From: Takakia lepidozioides
Lineage: Eukaryota; Plantae; Bryophyta
Length of the DNA: 64,000 bases
Assembly: GCA_030704615.1 (NCBI GenBank)
Contig: CM060733.1
Location: 70,990,001 to 71,054,000, forward strand
Direction: 5' to 3'
Below, piece after piece: positions 41,040 to 54,249 of this stretch. The position numbers and the translations under genes are program-made. Each line of letters begins with the position of its first letter. Positions within the stretch are counted from its first letter, which is position 1. The notes under the pieces were generated by a model, which saw nothing but the letters and a program-made list of their open reading frames with translations, was not told where the DNA came from and searched no databases.

Positions 41040-41990
41040 ACAAGCTGATTGATATCTTTACGGAGCTGGTAGTACCTCGCCCACAATTCTCTGTTGGTTT
41101 CCAAATTGCAGCACTCTTTATAGAGGGCTCGTCTCTCAGCTATCTTGAGTTTAATCTCATTGGTCCACCAATTAACAGCTCTAGCACAGACAATTAGTTT
41201 CATCCCAATGATCTTGTCAACCACGGAGGAAACGAAACTCTCCCAAGAGTCCCCTGCTCTTTCGACTTCATTTCTTGCGTTATCAGAGCGAGACTGAAGT
41301 TCTTGGAGCGATTGCATCGAGAGGGAGAGCCTCTTGCAAGGCCTGGACATACTCAACCTTGACCTCCTCATTATGAAGTTTTTCTATGCGCCACTTCCAA
41401 ATCGAATGTTTCACATATCTCTTGGTGTTGGGAAAACACCTTTTGATCTCATTCCAAACCAGGAACTGGTCAGAGGTAGTAATATCAGTTCTGTCGATCA
41501 ACACATTCGCACATTGGGGGAACAAATTTTTGTCCATTATGATATAATCCACAATGGAGCGTTCCCCAGTTTGGGATTTCTCACGAGTCCACTGCACTTG
41601 GTCACCTCTTGTCCTGATATTCAAGGTGAAAAGCTGAAGATCTTCTAGACAATTAATTAACTGTCTGCCATTAGAATGAGGGGCTCACTCCATTAGTAGG
41701 ACTTACCGTGTTATAAACATTAGTTCAGGCTTTCCAGATTCCTTTTAGAAAGCCCTTCACACGTTCATCATTTTGTTGTATGTGGACTACCAAGCAATGA
41801 GACCCCAACAGGGCCCACCGCTTTAGACTCAGCCTTGAGATATTGATAGTTGGTGAACAGAGGTGCAGGGACTATGTTCTTGATGGTCCTGAAGAGGGTC
41901 GCTCTTTGATGAGAATACCCCAGACTTGTATCACAAAATGGACATTGTCTTCAGGCCACCCACACCAGTGAGCATCGACAATCTCCCTTT
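41040..41990 (-). pseudogene. LINE ORF2 fragment (APE endonuclease end and linker)
   Basis: SIVDYII..TSDQFLV; WKWRIEKL; NWWTNEIKLKIAERRALY. Confidence 0.75.
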
Positions 41991-42417
41991 CCTCTCTCCA
42001 TCTGTTTATTGTTCAAAGGTAGACTCCCCATCCGGAGGTTAAATTTTCAGTCTAGTGCCAAGGGTAGGTCTGCCCTTCAGATCATCCTCAAAGTCCTCAC
42101 CCATGTCACAAACTGGAAACGAGTTCAGGGAAGTTTATGCCTAACATTGTTTTGTTCGGACATTCTTCATGCTTTTGACATGGCCTTAGACACTTCAGCC
42201 TCCACGTCAGATTCATCTAGCAGGGTGAGTTCTTCCTTCCTAATATTCAGGTATTTATCATAGGGTCGCTGGTATGAGGCATGCGATTCAGCTGACTGTA
42301 CCATAGGTCTGACTGACAGGGTCTTCTTGCATAGGCCTTTGGGCTTGGCTTACCCACGTGGTTTGCCATCCCTAGTAGTATGGTCGTATTGTTTCACATG
42401 TTTCTGTTGAGCAATGT

Positions 42418-45400
42418 GTGCAGAGTTCAGTAAAAAAAATGAAGGGAATTGCAGGGAAGGATGCGAACGAGCATAAGTCTCTTACTCCAGCAAAGTGTGC
42501 ACCAACTATTGCGCCAACTGCTGTGATGAGTGGCGCGGTTGTTTCCCCTTACGAAAAACCAGCCCCGCCCACTCCACAGACTGACGTTCCAGCTCCCTTG
42601 TATCCACCAGTATCGGCTCCTCCCTCGTATCCGCTTATGTACCCACAGTATCCTGCCATGTCAGGGTATAATCTGCATGGGCACATGCCGTATCCTCACT
42701 ATCAACCTCCAAACAATGATTCTCAGTGCCAGAATTACAATTATTTTGCTCCACCTGCAGGCGCTCCAATGCATGATCCTAGTCAAGGTGGGTATTCCAT
42801 TTACCACCATTATGGAATGCATCCCCATAGTATGTATCCTCCTCGGCCTATGTACAACCAACCTACTTCCTCCCTCTATCCTACCAGCCCTGCAAGACCA
42901 CACCAGGGGCAGGTCCAGTATGGTGGCCACCAACCTTCAGGATCCAACTACAGTGGAGTACAACTGCTGGCACCTTCGAGCTTCACTGCATCGCGGCCAC
43001 CTCTTTATCCAACATCTCCAGGTACACCTAATACCCTGAAAAGGAAAGGCATTCTGAAACAGACAGAGGATGCATTTGCTCCGCATCATCCTGTGGGGTG
43101 GGAGACAGCAGTCCAGCCCCAACAGAGTGAAGGTGGTAACATGCATGGTATTGCTGAAACCTTGCAGGATTCCAGCCTTAGTCCTGGGGGACATCAGGTG
43201 TGACTCCTATAGAACGCAAAAATGCTTTAAGGAGGGAAAGAAGGGCACTTGCAAAAAATCTGAGAGACCAGGCTGCTCAGAATGTGGCTGTAGGGAGGAG
43301 GAAATTTTTCATTTATTGTGATGAACTTGGAAACCCTGAAGGTCCTGCTCGGAACCAATGGATGACAGCTCTGCGAGGGCAGTGTCAACGTTTGTTGGAC
43401 TGGTCATTGTATGCTCAGGATCAACCATTACACTTAATTGAAAAGATCATGGAGATCCTGGCTTCAGATTGGGAATACGGACCTCCTGGTCTTAACATAA
43501 AGGCTATTACAAAAACAATTTGCGGGCAGCTCAAGTACCAACGAAATAAGTTGTTCAAAAATTACTATAGTGTGGGGCTGCCCAAACCCCATCATGTGCC
43601 AGATAAGACATGGGCACAACTAGTTGTTACTTGGGGTTCCACTGATTTCAAGAAATTTCAGGCAAATGGTGTCAAGGCGCGGGGATGTGTGAAGAATACA
43701 TCTCGATCAGGTCGTAGTGGAATCAGCGGTGTTGTAGCACGACTAGTATACTTCTCTTACAACATAGGAAGTTCCCACATTGTTTTGCATTGACAAACTT
43801 TATGTGTTGGGTTTTTTTGGCTGGAGCTCAGAGTCTATTCCTATCACCATTGAATTAGTACACATTGCTACTACTTGGGGGCCTTCTCAGAGTTGGGCGC
43901 CAGCAAGAAACTAAGCACTCTTATTGAGGGGGAGTCATTGACGCTATCCTAGATAATTCTTTACTGTTGGCAGTGTGCTATGCTAGTCATTAACACTTGC
44001 AAGTTTGTTGCAATCACAGGAGAAGGAGACTGGACGTACACCAAGTTTGCAGGAGATCGCTGGTAACGCCAGGAGTGACAAAGGCTACGGCTCGGGGTGT
44101 ACAGGCAGTGCAACCACAACGGTATATAAACTCAGTACCAATTTTGGTGTGAATTACATATTCGTGATTTCCATGCCATTGCTAGTTGCCGTTTGGTTCT
44201 GTTTTCTTACTAGTTCATCAGTCAGTGTAGTGAATTGTTACTTTGGAGGTGTTCTATGTGATGGGGCAGGGAATTGGTTCACTAGCAGCTCGCCTCGATG
44301 CTATGGAAAACAAACAAGTGCAGATGGAAGCCAGCTCCAAGGCAGCTTTGGAAGCAGTCCAAGGCCAACTGGAGGCAGCAGCTGCATTCAACATTGCGCT
44401 CGCAGCTAAACTTGGCATGAATGTGCCAGATTCGGAACCTACAGGTCCACCATGCACCACCTTTGCGCCACACACAACAAATGAGACTATTTCTCATGTT
44501 ATGGGCTCACCACTCAACCTGTTCAAGGCAGTTTCTTCACCGCCACCAAAGCCAAACACAATAGGCTCATTGTTTGGGCTTTCAGAAATGGAGGGGGATG
44601 ATGACATGGAGGGTTGGTCTGAAGGTGAACTCAATCCATCCCCCCATATTGTTGAGGCAACTGCAAAGTGTTCATCCGTTTTGTTGTCCCCTACACCAGT
44701 AGCACTTCCGACATATGTACTACCCTCTCAATATGCCTGTGTGGTCTCCATGAATTTGCAGAGTGCCCCACAGAAAGGTGTGTCTTTTGTACATGATAAT
44801 CATGTACAAGTTGTTGGTAATTGCCCTTCGGCAACTGAGAGGCAGAAACACATCCTTATACTTGACTTGAATGGATTGTTATGTGAGAGCAGACTACGAA
44901 CAAGGGAACACCTAGAGCCCACTGTCACCTCCAGACCTGGGTGTCAGGAGTTTCTGGACCGATGCCTTCAGATTTTTGATGTAGGTGTATGGTCTTCCAT
45001 GTCATTGAGTAATGTCCTTCCAGTTGTGATTGCATTGTTTCCTGGGAAGCAACCAAAGATGGTGCTTCACCAAGACTATTGTGACCAACCTGTGGGAATG
45101 GTGGACCCTCTCAATCCTTCTAAAACTATCATGTACAAGAACTTATGTAAGTTTTGGAAGGACTACAGCCATTACAATCCAACCAATACTTTGCTAGTGG
45201 ACGATTCCCCACTCACTTGCTTACCCAACCCTACAAATAATTGCATCTTCCCGTATCCATGGAAGTTGAGGGATCAGCCAAACTGCAAGAGGCTTATGAA
45301 AGAATTACTGCCTTGGTTAGAGGGTGTATCCAAGGCTGCACACATCCCTGAGTATGTGTCAGGGCACCCATACAGATATGGGCAGCCCAACTACTTGTTC

Positions 45401-46370
45401 AATACTGCAGCCATGGGTAGTGGATCACAACAATCTGCAAAGGCATCCGAACCAGGCTTCCTGCTGCCAGAGTTCCAACGACTTTGCCTCCCGATGCAAC
45501 AACAAAGCATAATCAAAGAAAGGTGAGAGCAAAAGATTCAATGCTTGGGCGCGCGGGTGGATTTGTATTGTTAATGCTACTTCACAATGTGTGTCATTCG
45601 TGCTATTCTCATTTTTTGATCATGTGTCATTCAATATGCAGATGGCGAAACCAGTGAAGCGTTCAATGGGCAGGGAAACTACAATATGTGCTATCAATCA
45701 GACTACAACCACAGTGGATGTAACTGAACCATTGGGTGACCAACAAAATCCGCACAGTGTAAGTACTTCCTTTGTCCTCTTTTGTTTCCTTGTCTGATGC
45801 TGGATCAATACACCCCCTATGTATCGCTGTGTAGCTGCAGGATTGACAACCTACAAAGGTAGTTTTGTGACATTGTCCTACCACATCCATGTTGACCATG
45901 CAGAACCTGCTATCAACTAGGTATGGCACCGTTCCACCTTTGATCATGTCAGCATGGAGTATAGAGACAGGCAAATGCAATTCAGAATTGGAAGTACTGC
46001 AATAGGTAGGGTTGGGGTGTTTGCTGGAAGAACGAGGATGCATTTTGCAGGAGTGCCAAGCTGTCAGTCTCTGTTCTCCAGGGTTCATTTCTGATATAGG
46101 AATCTGGTTTTTGTTCAGTTTCAGATCGGCGACAAGGTGTTCTTGTTTGATCCTTGTGCACCAAAAAGAAGGGCAGGTGTGGGATATATTGCTGGATTTC
46201 CGAAAGCAAATGTGCCAGACAACTATTACCGTATCCATGTGAAATCGGTCATGATTTCAGAGGTTGTGTTGCCGTACCCGGACTACTCTGTTACCCCTAA
46301 TCATACCACATTGGGTGACACGTAGGGAAGTGCCACCTTATGGTCTGAAAAGTTTATTAAACACGCGTGA
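42418..46370 (+). pseudogene. Multi-exon CACTA ORF2-like gene: Pro-rich region, Transposase_24-like domain, HAD/NIF phosphatase, TNP1-like C-terminus
   Basis: KPHHVPDKTWAQLVVTW..ARGCVKNTSRSGRSG (43200-43745); LILDLNGLL..RPG..DVGVWSS..KNL..TLLVDDSP (44850-45370); YYRIHV..LPYPD..TLGD..TLW (46130-46370). Confidence 0.65.
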
Positions 46371-46612
46371 TATTGAAGATGCTACAAGTTTAGTTTAGTT
46401 TTCTTTATGGATTGAAGGTTGCTGAGACAGGTGAACAAAACTGCTCTTCTGACATGAACAGTATTTTTTGAATTGATGCTCTTGCTATTCTCATGTATGA
46501 TCACAAGATCCCCTTGTTCAAAGGCAACTTCATTTTCCCACATCAAGCCAACGCATCAAAGCGAGTGACTATGACTTGAAGGGGAGCTTACCGAAGTGAG
46601 GTGCACGACACT

Positions 46613-46624
46613 TGGTATCAGAGC
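46613..46624 (+). promoter_or_regulatory. Primer binding site (tRNA-Met)
   Basis: TGGTATCAGAGC after ...GCACGACA-CT. Confidence 0.9.
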
Positions 46625-46666
46625 TTAGAGTTCAGTACGTGATCGTCCTTGGTATTGGCCTCATCA

Positions 46667-49600
46667 TGGGGTTGGGCAAGCCAAAGCCAAAGCGGAACGG
46701 CCCAAAAGATGATGATCCTGGTGAGGCCGATGGGGGCGATGTGTCACCGAGGCGGCCGTTTGAGGAAGCGATGCATGTTTCCAAAAACGAGGCCGCTCAA
46801 GAGCGGGAGGAATCCGAGGAGTCGGAGCCCGAGGAATCCCTGAGAGCTCCGACCGACCAACAGATGCCTCCCATGCCGGCAGCCTTTTGGGAAGGGTTGT
46901 TGGCGCAGTTTGGCGGGACGCTGAAAGACGTGTTGAAGGCGGCTAATGCCTCTTCCACTAAGGCAAAGTTTAAGGTGAAGCCTAAGGAACCCGACACCTT
47001 CGAAGGCGTCCGAAATCGGAAGGCACTCAACACCTGGCTCCTGGAGCTAGAACAGTACTTCCGAGCGGCCAAGTTGAGTGACGAGGATCGGGTGGAAGTG
47101 GCTCCCACCTATTTGAGGGGCTATGCTCAACAATGGTGGCAGAAACGCCTTCACGACCGAGGTCCAAGCCCGGAAACCTTGAACTGGAGTGGATTCAAGG
47201 AATTGATGAAGAGACAATTTGTGCCCCTCAACGCGTCCTAGTTTGCCCGGGACAAGATGAGGAATTTGAAGCAAATAGATGACATTCGGGGATATGTCCA
47301 GGCTTTCAATTTGCATTTGCTCGAAGTCGCGGACATGGCAGAACCAGAAATGGTCTTCAACTTTGTGGCGGGACTGACCCCATGGGCCAGACGGAAGTTA
47401 GAGGAGAAGCCACCTAAGACTTTGAACGAGGCAATTGAGAGGGCTGAATGTTTCTCGGATGTCCCTAGGGGTGAAAGACAAGGCCGTACGGAGCTGAACC
47501 ACAAGAAGACCCGGCGGGAAGGTGACTCCTTCCGACCGGAAAAGAAGTGGGATAGGCCACACGACGACAATGGCACGTGGAAATCGAAGGGAGGGCCTTC
47601 ACAAGTCAAGGCGGCACCCGGTGCTTCGAAAGGAAAAGCAGGTGGAGCGGCCTATGGCGGACAGAATGCAACCTTTGATGGAGTGTGTTTCAATTGCGGG
47701 GAGCCCGGGCACATGGCCAAGAAGTGCACGAAGCCCCGACAATTGAACATGACTCGGGCGACCACAGAGCTGTCGGAAGATACCATCAGTCGCTTGGTGG
47801 AAGCGGTGGTCGCCAGGACTTGCAAGGTAGGCAAATTTTCTTGTGAGTTGTATCAGGAAACTGGCGCCTTACGAAAAGGGAGTCAGTTATTGTTCGTGGA
47901 TGGGATAATATCCGGAACTAATGTGTCGTTGTTGGTGGACATAGGAGCGTCGCACTCCTTCATGACACCGGCAACGGCACAAAAGCTGGGACTCCCGACA
48001 AGTGACGTGGGGGCCTCTATTGAGGTGCGTTCTGCCAAAGGAGAACCGCAATTGGCGACAAGGTTGGCGTTTGATGTTCCTCTTCAACTGGGGAGTGGGA
48101 GGGACGTGAGAACTTCACCATCTGCGAGATTGATGGAGTGGATCTCATTTTGGGGATGACCTTTTTGAGCAAATCCGGAGCGGTCATAGATGGCCGCAAG
48201 AGAGTGGTCACGCTGCCATGTGGGAATGGTGGCGAGGTTTTAAGAGTGTCGGAAACGCCCAAATCTGTGGGAGGGCGAATAAACCTTCTGTCAGCAAAGG
48301 AGTGGGCCGTGGAGGAGGCACACGAGCCCCAGTTTTTGCTCTACATTAGAGAAGTGAAGGGAGAAGGCGATGGGGAGCCGAGCCCAGATTGGATCAAGGG
48401 GATTTTGGAGAAATACTAGGATGTGATGCCGGAGGATTTACCAAGCGGTTTGCCACCGCGAAGAGGAGTTGACCACAAGATTGAGGTGATACCGGGATCG
48501 GAACCGCCTGCCAAGGCGCCCTACCGGTTGAGCCACAGAGAGTTGGTCGAGCTGAAGACTCAGCTCAAAGATCTAATGTCAAAGGGGTACATCCGGCTGA
48601 GTAAGTCACCTTACGGAGCCCCGGTGCTATTTGCAGATAAAAAGGATGGGACGCTGCGGATGTGTGTCGATTACAGGGCTCTGAATAAGGTGACTATCAA
48701 AAACCGATACCCTTTGCCAAGGATCGACGACCTCTTCGATCGGTTGGCAGGAGCGAAGTATTTCAGCCAGATCGACTTGCGCTCCGGCTATCATCAAATT
48801 CGGGTGGCGGAAGGAGATGAGGAGAAGACCGCGTGCAGGACAAGGTATGGTTCATATGAGTTCTTGGTGATGCCTTTTGGGCTCACCAATGCACTAGCGA
48901 CATTTAGCACGCTGATGAACAGCCTTTTCCAGGAGTGGTTGGATGACTTTGTGATCGTGTACATCGACGACATCTTGGTGTACTCGAAAACAAAGGAGGA
49001 GCACTTGGAGCACCTGAAAAGGGTGTTCCAAAAATTGCGAGAAGGGAAGCTGTATGCCAAAGCTTCAAAGTGCGAATTCGGGGTCACAAAAGTGGAGTTC
49101 CTGGGGCATGTGATTACACAGGATGGGATCAGAATGGATGACAGGAAGGTGAGGGCAATCTTGGACTGGGAGCCTCCGACTTCGGTCCCGGGAGTGCGAT
49201 CCTTCCTAGGACTCGCCTCCTATTACCGAAAGTATGTGAGAAATTTTGCCAAGATCGCGGGGCCGCTGTCAGACCTTCTGTGTAAATCCAAAGTCTGGGC
49301 ATGGAACACCTTTTGTGGCCAAGCTTTTGCTGAATTGAAGCAGCGGATGGCGGAAGCTCCAGTCTTGAAAATCCCGGAGTTCGATCTTCCGTTCGAGATA
49401 CATACAGATGCGTCGGACTTCGCGATTGGGGGTGTACTGATGCAAGATGGACGTCCAGTGGCTTACGAAAGTAAGAAACTGAATGAAGTGGAGCGACGGT
49501 GGCCGACGCACGAGAAAGAGATGAAGGCGGTGGTGCACTGTCTTGAGCTTTGGCGCCACTATGTTGGTTCCAACCCAGTGAAGGTGTTCACGGACAATGT

Positions 49601-51223
49601 TACGGTGAAGTATTTTGCCACGCAGCCCAAGTTGTCCCCAAACAACTTAGGTGGCAAGATACTTTGGCGGTGTTCGACGTGGATATCCAGTACAAACCGG
49701 GACGAGACAACGTGGTGGCCGATGCTTTAAGTAGAAAGCAGCAGCTCTTGTTGGTGTACAAGGGCGAGACGGCGCTCCAAAGGAAGATCCGGAAGGCTTG
49801 CCGGAAGGATGAGCTGGCGAAGTCCGTGATGCAGGACTTGAGGATGGGGTTAAATCGCAGTTCCACTTGCAAAATGGACTGCTTCGGTATAAGCAAAAGC
49901 GTCTCTACGTGCCGAAGGGAGGGATCAGAGATAGCCTCTTGAGAGAATGCCATGATACCCGCTTGCGGGCCACGGCGGAGCCAAGCGCACTGCGGCACTC
50001 TTGAAGAAAGAGTATTTCTGGCCCAAACTGAGGGAGGAGGCAGAGGAGTATGTCAAGACATGCACCACATGCCAACAAAACCGGAGCGAGTACAAAAAGC
50101 AAGCGGGGCTGTTACAACCCTTGCCGATTCCAGAGGGACTTGGGAAAGCGTCTCGATGGATTTCATGACTGCTATGCCGCTGTCAAAAGGATTCGATGCA
50201 ATCATGGTGGTGGTGGATAGGTTCAGTAAAATGGGTCATTTCATCCCCACCAAGGAGACGGCAACGGCGCAAGAAACAGGGCGACTTTACTTCGCCCACG
50301 TCTTAAAGCATCATGGAGTCCCGAAGGATATTGTCTCGGACCGCGATCCAAAGTTTACGAGTAAATTTTGGAGGGCACTTTGGAAGAAGATGGGGACGAG
50401 GCTGAAGATGAGCACCGCCTTCCGACCTACGACCGACGGCCAAACAGAAAGAGTGAATTCCGTAGTGAAGCAGATCTTGCGGAATTACGTGTCGGCAGAC
50501 CAAACAGACTGGGTGGAACACTTAGACGCGGCAGAGTTCTGTTATAATAACACAGAACACTCCGCAACGGGAGTTTCCCCTTTCGTATTGGTCTATGGAA
50601 AAGCACCTCTGGTGCCGACAAGTTGGGCCGCCCAGGACGTTGAGGAACCGGCAGTAGCGGCGGTACTGGAAGAACGCGAGCGTTTGTTGAAGCTCGCAAA
50701 GTACAACATTGCCAAAGCTAGGAAACGGTATGAAAGGCAGGCGAATCGGAAGCGGAGGGAAGTGAAGTTTGAGGCAGGCACGGAGGTCTGGTTGAACATC
50801 AAGAATTTCCGACTACCTCCGGAAGTGAGTCCAAAGTTCGTACCTCCGTATGCGGGACCCTTTCGCATCCGGAAGGTTATGAATGAGGATGTGTATGAAT
50901 TGGAGCTGCCGGCAAACAGCAAGGTGCATCCAGTATTCCACGTCTCCCTTTTGAAGCCTTACTTCAAAGATGAAGCGCGTCCGAATCGGCATCAAGTGTT
51001 GCGTCCGCCACCTGTGCTGTTGGATCATGAAAATGAACCTGAGTACGAGGTGGAGGCAGTACTTAAGTCGAGGAGGTTCAAGAACCGAGAAACGGAGTAT
51101 CTCGTCAAATGGAAGGGCTATCATCATGTGGAGGCATCTTGGGTGCGTGCCTCAGAAATGGGAAACGCATCCGAGGCGGTTGCAGTTTTCGAAGGGCGAC
51201 CTCAAAAGCGGAAGAAGCGTTGA
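46667..51223 (+). pseudogene. gag-pol of chromovirus copy 2
   Basis: CFNCGEPGHMAKKC; LVDIGASH; YIDDIL; HTDASD; integrase core; chromodomain about 51040-51190; a few stops and frameshifts. Confidence 0.95.
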
Positions 51224-51257
51224 TGGGGACATCAACCTTGGAGCGTGGGGGAGGAAA

Positions 51258-52805
51258 TGCATGCTTAGCCCGGCTTAGCTAGCTCAGGAATCCGATTGCA
51301 AAAACTTGTATTGTACAAAAATTTGTTATAAAGGAAATGGGTTCCAAATGTTGTGCGTCCTATTTTGTTTGGAATGGTGATGCATGGTGTGGTTGGCTAG
51401 TGTGTAGAATGCATGCTAGCTTACAAAAGTGGGAGAGGTAAATTGGGTTAATCGTGTGTTTGCGCAGTGCCGAAATCGGGTGACTCCCATCCAAGGGGCA
51501 AGGAAACTTGCGCCTTCTTTGGGAGTTCACGTGCTAGTGCGCACCTGGCGCGTGCGCATACTATAACTGCGCTACCGAGGGGTTGCCTTGTAGTGCGGGC
51601 TAACGCGGAAGCTACGTGCTTCCGTTCACGTACTATAATCGTGTAGCCTCGGGACGAAGTCGTAGTGCGGCTTCGACGTGTTCCCGTACCTCAGGCCAGC
51701 ATTCCAAGCGGACCCAATTGTAGTGATTGGGGCGCACGGTTGGTTCAAGGTTATCTTCCTAGTCAAAGGGGGTTGAGGTGAACCCTTGCTCAAAGTGATG
51801 CCAAAAGCGGCATCATGAGCGATCGCAAGCAATGTTGTTGCAGTAAGGCGATTCGATCCTCGGGGAGGATCGTTCCTTGGCCTTGAAGTAGGCCAAGAAG
51901 AGTGCACTGGGAGGAGCTTGAGAGGCTCCACCCCTGGCCGGGACTTGGAGGAAGTCGGCCGAACTAGCTAGTGGAGAGTAGAGTCAAGTGTGGGGTTTGG
52001 TTCTTTGCCATGGGACGCCATGGTACGGAAACAAACTCCTTGATGTGGGACGCCACAACTTGGATGTTCGTTTCTACAAAATGGACAAGTCGATGAGGAC
52101 ATCGACTCCCTGTTGGTAGGGGTGTGTGTCGCGGCCCTTTGCCTTGAGGGCAGGGGGTCGGGACACATGAGGGGCTGCCCCTGTGGTGGGGGCAGCGGCA
52201 GCGATAGGTATGGGGGGCTGAAGCACCCTTGAGTGCCCAAGGCACTCAAGGAGGCGGAGGCGCTCACTAGGTGGAGCCCGCACACCGGGTTGCGGTGGGG
52301 GTGGCTCCACAAGTGGTGGTGGTAGCTTAGCGGGACTTAGTGGGGGTGGCATAGGACTCACCATGGGGCGGAGACCTCGTGGTGGGAGTCGTGGGGAGTC
52401 TTGGGACTCATCACGGTCCATAGGGGCCGTGGTGAGTGGGCCAAGACTCACCGCGACTCATCACCGGGAGTCGAGGGTTTTCGTGGTGGTTCGCCATAAA
52501 ATGGCATGGCTGGTTGTGAAACCCCCGCAGACAGCTACAGAAGTATATATAGGGAGTAGTAACCCCGAGAACGGTGCAAGCCCGTTGGTGACCAAAAACT
52601 AGTGAGTAAGCGAGCGAGCCGGAAAGCGACCAAAGAGTGGGGAGCTGTTTCGGACTGCCAACTACCAAAGGGAATTCCCGCTAGGCCGAAATCGGTGGAG
52701 GGTTCTTTGGGAGATCAAAGGGGGACCGTTATGCCCCGGTGAGCAGCCGAAGCTCCAAGTTGGCCCGGCGGCCAGGTTGGGAGTTAGGCGCGCGCGCGCG
52801 CGACA
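51258..52805 (+). repeat. 3' LTR of chromovirus copy 2
   Basis: TG after the PPT; TATA-like GTATATATAG near 52543; ends (CG)nACA. Confidence 0.85.
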
Positions 52806-53429
52806 TGACAAAGCTTCAAACAGTACACTAGAATGCACTGGTCCATAGACATGTGCCTGGCCAAGCACAGAACCACAAAATAAGTGGGGCAAGTGGAGAA
52901 GGTAAATTGGAAAGGCCATGCACTTTCAATTTCATTCTGTCACCAAGGTGTCCAGAGCCTGAATTTATACAGATCTGTGCATGTCATTCAGATCTGTAAT
53001 AGTGAGAGAAATGCCACGCCAGAGGCGACCGCATATCAGTTACACACCTCCAACACCCTGTGCAAATAGCACCCCCCCCCCCCCCCCCCCCCCGCCCACC
53101 CACCCACCCACCCCACCTCTTTCTGTCAGACTCGCATACCACACATTGTCATTCAAGAAGCCAACATTACATCTGCAATTTGCATGGGAGCATGGGAGTA
53201 TACTGGAGATAGAAATAGGCAGATGGCAGGAAATTGGTGCCTCATGCCAAGATTATATCTGCAATTTGCATGACAGGACCCTTCATATACTTGACATAGA
53301 AATAGGCATATGGCATGAAAGTGGTACCTCATGCCAGGTACTACTAGACGTCCACATCAACCAGCTCATCATCGCTAGATTCTGTATCTTCATCGCAACT
53401 GTCTGAAGTGGGGCATGGGTCTGCTTCCT

Positions 53430-54220
53430 CAGATCGCATGTCTCTGTAAAGTGAAGCAACCTCTTCAGGTGTCACTTGGATGGTCTGGCCCACCCTGTCA
53501 CCAGCAACATTCGTCTCTTCAATTTCATTGGGGCTAAGAGGCCTGACACACTTGTTATATCATCGTTGCAAATGCTGACATCACACACAACCCTACATGA
53601 CCTCGGGCTTTTTTCCAGCACCACATTCCACCTCGGTTCACTCACACAATCCGAGAAAAATACCTGCTCCACCTGTGATGGGAGCACAAATGGCTGTTCA
53701 AGTGGAGGCAACAAGTGGGAGAAATTCACCAACGTGAAGCCACAGTCATCCTGCGTCACTGACACAGGCTGGGAACCCACACGTCGTGCACGTACCCATG
53801 AACACAAAAGGACCGTGGTGTGTGTAGAGCCATAATCCAATTCAAGAATCTCCTTTATGACTCCAACATAACGTACGTTTTCCACCATCTGTGCACTTGA
53901 AAATACCAGTAGATTCATGCTGGAAAACAGTAGATACCCCTGAGTCATATATCACAAAGGGACAGTTCATACCATCTGAAGTAACCCTGAAGTGGTTTCC
54001 ATAAGTTGACATGCTTTTGTATGATGTTGCGATGAATGATGGGGGTTTGCACATGTCCAAAAATTCCTTGCAGTCTGAATCAGATGCATGGTTGGCATCA
54101 CTCGACACGTGCACACGCACAACCGTTACTAGCCATTCTGCAAAGTGAGGGAGAGCGCGGATCCTGTTCGGATTTGCAGCATTTGCATTGTCCACATGGG
54201 ATTTCTCCAACTCATATGAC
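53430..54220 (-). pseudogene. CACTA transposase DUF4216 fragment
   Basis: YKSMSTYGNHFRV; YVGVIKEILELDYG; PFVLPSQVEQVFF. Confidence 0.88.
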
Positions 54221-54249
54221 CCGCCAAGCACGCACCACCGCATGAGATT

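Larger units (their letters stand above)
46552..52805 (+). mobile_element. Chromodomain Ty3/Gypsy LTR retrotransposon, copy 2 (5' LTR nearly absent)
   Basis: 59-bp LTR end 46552-46610, PBS 46613-46624, gag-pol with chromodomain, PPT 51247-51257, LTR 51258-52805. Confidence 0.95.
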
